Shown one piece after another: positions 57,967 through 64,000 of a stretch of DNA of 64,000 bases. The translations under genes and the position numbers were made by a program. Source of the DNA: Eledone cirrhosa (taxonomy: Eukaryota); NCBI GenBank assembly GCA_964016885.1, contig OZ024741.1, forward strand, positions 54,808,001 to 54,872,000, written 5' to 3'. Every line of letters begins with the position of its first letter. Positions within the stretch are counted from its first letter, which is position 1. Below the pieces are notes generated by a model. The model had not been told where the DNA came from and did not search any database. It was given only the letters and a program-made list of their open reading frames with translations.

Positions 57967-58246
57967 TAATTGCCTTATGTTGTTTATTACATAACTATTA
58001 AGCTCTGTTACCTACATAGAGCACTCTTTTTTCCTGGAATTTTCCGACGGAATTACTTCATTTATATATATATATACATATACAATATATATATATATAT
58101 ACAAGGGCGGTGCCCCAGCATGGCCTCAGCCGGATGGTTGAAACAGGTAAAAGAGTAATATATACACATATACAAACATATACATACACATCTACAGATA
58201 TACACGTATATACACATATACATAAATACATAAATACACATACACA

Positions 58247-58318
<72 letters not shown>

Positions 58319-58359
58319 TATGTATACATATATATATATACACACATATATATATATAT

Positions 58360-58555
58360 ATTGTTATACTTTGGGAGGGTTATGTTGCCAATGAGAAACA
58401 CACGCATCAGTTCCTTTCACTTCAATTTATTATAATTTAAATTTATAAATTTAGGAATTTATAAATTTCCGGTTTGTTGGTTGGTTCCACAACCAGATGA
58501 TTGTTCATATATTGTAAAAGTTCTTTTGTCACACATTCTGTGACCTCTTCAGTAA
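58360..58555 (-). mobile_element. Solo pLTR end of the 3670-5330 PLE family
   Basis: Matches 3675-3885; abuts (TA)n. Confidence 0.8.
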
Positions 58556-59620
58556 TATATAGTAATAATAATAAATTTGAAGACTAAAATCCAAAGAGGG
58601 CTCGATAAGGATAAATATATATCAAATATATAAGAACCGTAGAGCAAATATTTATTAAAATAACAGATTAAAGTTTAAGCAAAGAATCGCTGCTTTCACC
58701 CTTAACGGGATCTTCTGAAACTAACAAAGTCAATCTGTGAACGCAGAAGTACATATTTCAAAACACGTTGCAACCGGAGGAAGACAGGAAGACGATACTT
58801 TGGTTCGTGGAAACGTTCCCTGGCAAAGAACGGGAACAAACGAATATAATACGTCATTATTTGGAGCGGTGAAAAACAATTACACGCAAAGACAAAACAG
58901 CGTTTATGGTATAAAAGAAATCGTAGACTAATATTCTATTAGGTGGTTCATAGAGACGTTCTCTGGCAATGAACGGAAAAAATGAAGATAATACGTCATA
59001 TGTGGAGCGGGGAGAACAATTTTTTTTTTTTTTTTTTTGTGTACGTGCGTGTATTTGTATACCTATGGCGAGTGTTATCGCGTGTGCTTGTGTATGTACG
59101 TATATAGATGCGTGTATGTATTTATTTAATTTCATTTACCTCTGTATTTTATTTACTTTATTCTTAACTCTGAAGCCGAGACTCATTCAGTTTCCTAGTT
59201 AGAATTTCAGTCTACGACTTCAGTTATACCATTTACGTGGTCTTGTCTTTGCGCGCAATTGTTCTCCCCGCTCCACATATGACGTATTATCTTCGTTTTT
59301 TCCGTTCATTGCCAGAGAACGTCTCTATGAACCACCTAATAGAATATTAGTCTACGACTTCTTTTATACCATAAACACTGTTTTGTCTTTGCGTGTAATT
59401 GTTCTCACCGCACCAAATAATGACGTATTATATTCGTTTGTTCCCGTTCTTTGCCAGGGAACGTTTCCACGAACCAAAGTATCGTCTTCCTGTCTTTCTC
59501 CGGTTGCAACGTTTTTTGAAGTATGCACTTCTGCGTTTACAGATTGACTTTGTTAGTTTCAGAAGATCCCGTTAAGGGTGAGAGCAGCGATTCTTTGCTT
59601 AAACTTTAATCTGTTATTTT

Positions 59621-59628
<8 letters not shown>
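58555..59628. mobile_element. Family A fold-back, third copy
   Basis: Arms ~58652-59020 and ~59257-59625; spacer homologous to that of 5398-6535. Confidence 0.85.
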
Positions 59629-59691
<63 letters not shown>

Positions 59692-59854
59692 TATATAGGA
59701 AAATGTTTAACCCCGACGGCAGAGCTCAAGCCGTTTCGACGGCTATTTCTGGACTCTCGGGGTTAAACATTTTCCTATTACCCACTCTACTAGCCTAAGT
59801 ATTGATTACTCTGGTGCGTTATGGTCCATCCGGTTCTTTACCACACTTTCTTCG

Positions 59855-59894
<40 letters not shown>

Positions 59895-60551
59895 GTGTAC
59901 TTTGCTTGAAGCATTGTATATGATATATATGTGGAATGTGATATACGTATGGCTTAAACAATGCAAATTAGACTGAAAGATGAAGTAACGAAAAAGCAAG
60001 TTACCTGGTAATCTCTGTTTTGTTTTTATTGTTGCTGTTCAACAACAGCAACAACAAAAAGCAGTGGGATCTTACATCTGCCGTTCTTGCCTCTTTCCCA
60101 TCACTACAGAGCTTAAAGTGGATGGTGGTCAATGACCTGTCATTCAAGCCTGCGTACGAGATGTTTTAGATGAAATACTGTGCACGCAGATCTGACTCCA
60201 CTCTGTGTTTGTCATTCATGGCCTAGCAAGCTGGAATGAGGACAGCAAGGTCCTGGGTTCGTAGGTTTTAGATCAAAGTGTCCATCTCCTAGCCTCTGGC
60301 TCAAAAACCTTCTTCGGAGACACGGCATCAGTTACCCAGATAGGGCTGCTTGATGCTACAAAGTATGTCCATTGTTGCAACATCTTGGCACGTCGAGCCT
60401 GTGCAACGTGCCTTGCCACTATGTGTATTTAACTCATAGATGGGACCCTGACAGGTACTACCGCCCCGAGCCAGAAAGAGGTAACTCCATACACCTCAGA
60501 ACCCCAGAACTCTCGATGTGGAGTCTCACCACGAAGTCCAGTTTAGTATCA

Positions 60552-60697
<146 letters not shown>

Positions 60698-61514
60698 GTA
60701 CAGTGCAGTACAGAGAGATAACACAACTTAAAGAGAAATGAACAGGGGGAGAGAGTGAGAGAGAGAATAAAGTAAAGTGTAGAAAGATTGGAACGGATAG
60801 GGAGAGAGAGAGCGGGTGCATCAACATAATAAACATTATAAAATGGTTGCTGTGTTATTAAAGTGTCTTTAATTATCTCACTCCGCAATTTCATATTCTA
60901 GGAAAAACTTACCAGAGGCGAAAGTACAGTAATGGAAATGATAGTTGTGCTGTTGTTATTGGTGGTGGCGGTCTTGATTGTGGTGGTGATAATGGTGGCA
61001 ATGACGAGGTCAAGAAATCAAAGTTCAGAGATCACGTATCGATTTTACGTATCTTTTCTTTTGTTTCACACCTAATCTAACTTGCGGTGAATGCGATGTC
61101 CTTGTGTTGGAATATGTGTGTATATTGGTGTAGCTCTCCTGTGACAATTTCAGCGTATTTCTGTGTGTGTGTGTGTGTGTGTGTATGTGTGTGTGTGTGT
61201 GTGTATGTGTGTGTGTGTGAGAGTGAGAGTGTGTGTGTTTATGAGTGTGTATGTGTGTGAGTGTGTATGTGTGTGAGTGTGTATGTCCGTGTGTGTGTAT
61301 GACCGTGTGTGTGTGTGTATTTGGTGTATTGAGAAACTAAGAAAAACGATCTCAGTCGATCTCTGCGAAACCGAGCCGTGTCAGTGACCTGGTTTCGATT
61401 CTAGGTCGAGGTAAATTCTGGTTATTAATTTCGTCTTTTTTGTATTCTGTTTTTCTTTTATTAGTTTTACAAAATGTTAAGTGAAAATACATTACTCTCA
61501 AGCCTCTTAACGTA

Positions 61515-61586
<72 letters not shown>

Positions 61587-61969
61587 GCCACTGTCTCATT
61601 TACACGTCCGTTGTCATACACGGCCACGTACATTGAAACCCTAGGTTCCTAAGGTTATGTTATGGTCCGAAACATACACTTTTACAGCTTATACAGACCA
61701 CCGAAAAACGCATGTACACCGCGACATTTACCTTCATAGTTCTGTAACACATACACACACCCTTTTATAACATACATTTGCTCACAGTTTCGTTCTTACA
61801 AACACACACGCACTCTTTTACTTACATATGCACACACATATCCGCACACGTACAGTTCTATATAAAAAAACCTTTTTTTTTTCTTTCAGATAGACACACT
61901 TCATCACAACCTTCTCATAATATGTATAACATACACTAAATGCCAATATCAACAGTTTTCCAAGAGATG

Positions 61970-62228
61970 GTAACATGAATGGACCTCTTCTTTTTCTCTA
62001 AAAAATTGTTTTCCGTCTCCGCCTTGCCTGTCACCTCAATCTTTCTATTTCTTCTTTAATTTCATTTCTCATGCTATCTTCTGAGGAACGACTAGCGTCC
62101 AAAATGTTAAGACGCTCTTCCTACCATGTTAAGCGTAAAACTAATAATTGTACTGTGTAGTTGGCTTTGTTATATCTGTTTGCTGCATATACACACACAG
62201 ACGGACACACACACACACACATACACAC

Positions 62229-62318
<90 letters not shown>

Positions 62319-62525
62319 GTCAACATGAATGGACCTGTTATTTTTATCTAAAGACATTTTTTCCAATTCCAACCGCCGGTCCCCTCAATCTATCTTATTT
62401 CTCATTCTTTAATCTGATGAAGGACTAGTGTGCGAAACGTTAAGACCCTCTTCCTACTATATCAAGCGTTAATCTAATATATCCCTTCCATATACTGTAC
62501 CGATTGTGCTGTTGTTTCTGTTTAC
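61970..62525 (+). mobile_element. Direct ~200-bp repeats around (CA)n, each with a degenerate ultra-minimal hammerhead
   Basis: 62077-62122 and 62410-62445; joint consensus tctt CTGATGA a ggac tagc gtcc GAAA cg TT aaga. Confidence 0.6.
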
Positions 62526-62675
62526 CTTTTACATATATATATATTATACAGTGGTCAGCCGTCAGTTCCCGACTCTTTATAATATAGTCATACTCTACTA
62601 ACCCAAGTATCGAATACTTTTTTGAGGAATGATCTAACTAGTTTCAAATTGGTTCTATCCTGATTTATATATATA

Positions 62676-62731
<56 letters not shown>

Positions 62732-62735
<4 letters not shown>

Positions 62736-64000
62736 AAAGTTGAACGGGAACAAAACAGAGAGGCAGTACGAACAAAGGTTTATTAATTTCACGCGCTTGA
62801 GAGTGGGGTGGTGGTGGGGAACGACGTTGCGGGCATAAGCCCTTCTTCAGGTGAAAAGTGTGTGGGAAGAGAGTTCAAAGGGTGTGTAGGGGAGTGGTGG
62901 AGAGACATATAGCAAAATGGGGGTGAGAGGAAACGGTGCAAATGAAATTAAAAATAAAGGCATGATCAAAATAAAATTAAAATGGGGTAAAACAGGTGGT
63001 GGAAGGGTGTGGGGCGTGTAGGGTGGTGGCGGGTGGAGTGGGAAGATGGAGACGGGGTGTCCGAGCGGGGTGTCCGAGTGGGGAGATGGAGACGGGGTGT
63101 CCGGTGTGTGTGTGTAGGTGTACGTGTGTGTGTATGTGAAAGCAAGGGTTGGGGGAAGAACGGGGTTGCATGTTCAGGAAGAGGTGTGTGTGGGGTTGGG
63201 TGTAGGTCGGAGTGTGTGTGCGTGTGTGGATAGAGGGGTGGGGGAGTGGATTCCGGAGGTTGAATGTGTAAATATGTGGTGGTACGCACGTGTGTGTGTG
63301 GCGTTTATGCGTGTTGTGGATGTAGGTGGCGTGTGGGAAAAAAAATTGTTTGGGGTGTATGTCTGGGGGTGAGTCGTAAAGGTAATTCCGTAAAAAGATG
63401 TGGTGGAATGCAGAGTAAAATCCTTGGGATGCGGTAGATTCTCGGGATCAAGGTTCACATATGTGTAATCCGTGAAGAGATTGGTCGGAAGAGGGGAGAT
63501 GTGGGGTGCGCGCGCAACAAGGAAGTGGTCAGAGGGTCAAGGCAGGAGGAGGGTTGTGTCTGTGTGTGCGGGGAGGTGGTCAGAGAGGCATAGCAGCAGT
63601 AGGGTAGAATGGTAAGTGAAGAAAGTCGGTGTGTCAGTGTGTGCGGAGGTGCGGTGGACAGGGGAGAGAAGGGTGTGGGGGTCGATGGAGGGAGTGTAGT
63701 GTACTGGTGTGTGTGTGTGGTGAAGGGGGTGTTAGTGGGTGTTAGTATACTGGAGGTGGAGAAAGGGTTGAATGCGGGTGAGGGTGGGGGTCAGTGGTGG
63801 TACGGTGTGTAGAGTGGGTGGTGTAAGAGGGTGTGTGTGTTCGTGTGCGTAGGGTTGGGGGTGTTAGTGATGTTAGTTGCGTGTAGAGTGGGTGGTGTAA
63901 GTGGGTGTGTGTGTTCGTGTGCTTGGGGACAGGGGGTGTTAGTGATGTTAGTTGCGGGGTGGTGGGGTGGATGTGTGGGGGTGAGGGTTAGTGGTGGTAG
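62732..64000 (-). mobile_element. Family E long copy, strongly G/T-skewed, runs off the window; ~74-bp tandem at 63807-63955
   Basis: Reverse complement matches 14410-15108; CTGAAGA a gggc ttat gccc GCAA near 62828-62851. Confidence 0.7.

Noticed and set aside
60905-61075. Possible minus-strand host exon with a GTAAGT donor near 60912
   Set aside because: Stops in the frames checked, low-complexity sequence, no partner exons; unsupported without RNA data.

Overview
AT-rich, microsatellite-laden eukaryotic DNA made almost entirely of transposable elements; I found no supportable host gene. The tRNA-SINE core and RTE 3' tail resemble octopod (cephalopod) repeats (inference). Contents: a near-intact RTE LINE with a PHD finger inside the RT, three pieces of a second RTE family, two fused R4/Dong-like RLE retrotransposons in (TACA)n, two tandem Tx1/L1-clade LINEs in (GATA)n, a non-autonomous Helitron, tRNA-SINEs, and many Penelope-like element (PLE) remnants and non-coding fold-back derivatives sitting in (TA)n. 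Folding by hand gives about 30 type I hammerhead ribozyme (HHR) motifs from about 16 unrelated families. These include two families with a covariant U3:A8 core, one with a fixed U4A core, and a tandem retrozyme-like dimer. The most striking observation is a ~390-bp stretch of one PLE copy (4818-5208) carrying a dense strand-specific A-to-G signature, consistent with an ADAR-hyperedited RNA that was reverse transcribed into the genome. Boundaries are approximate and all folds and alignments were done by eye.
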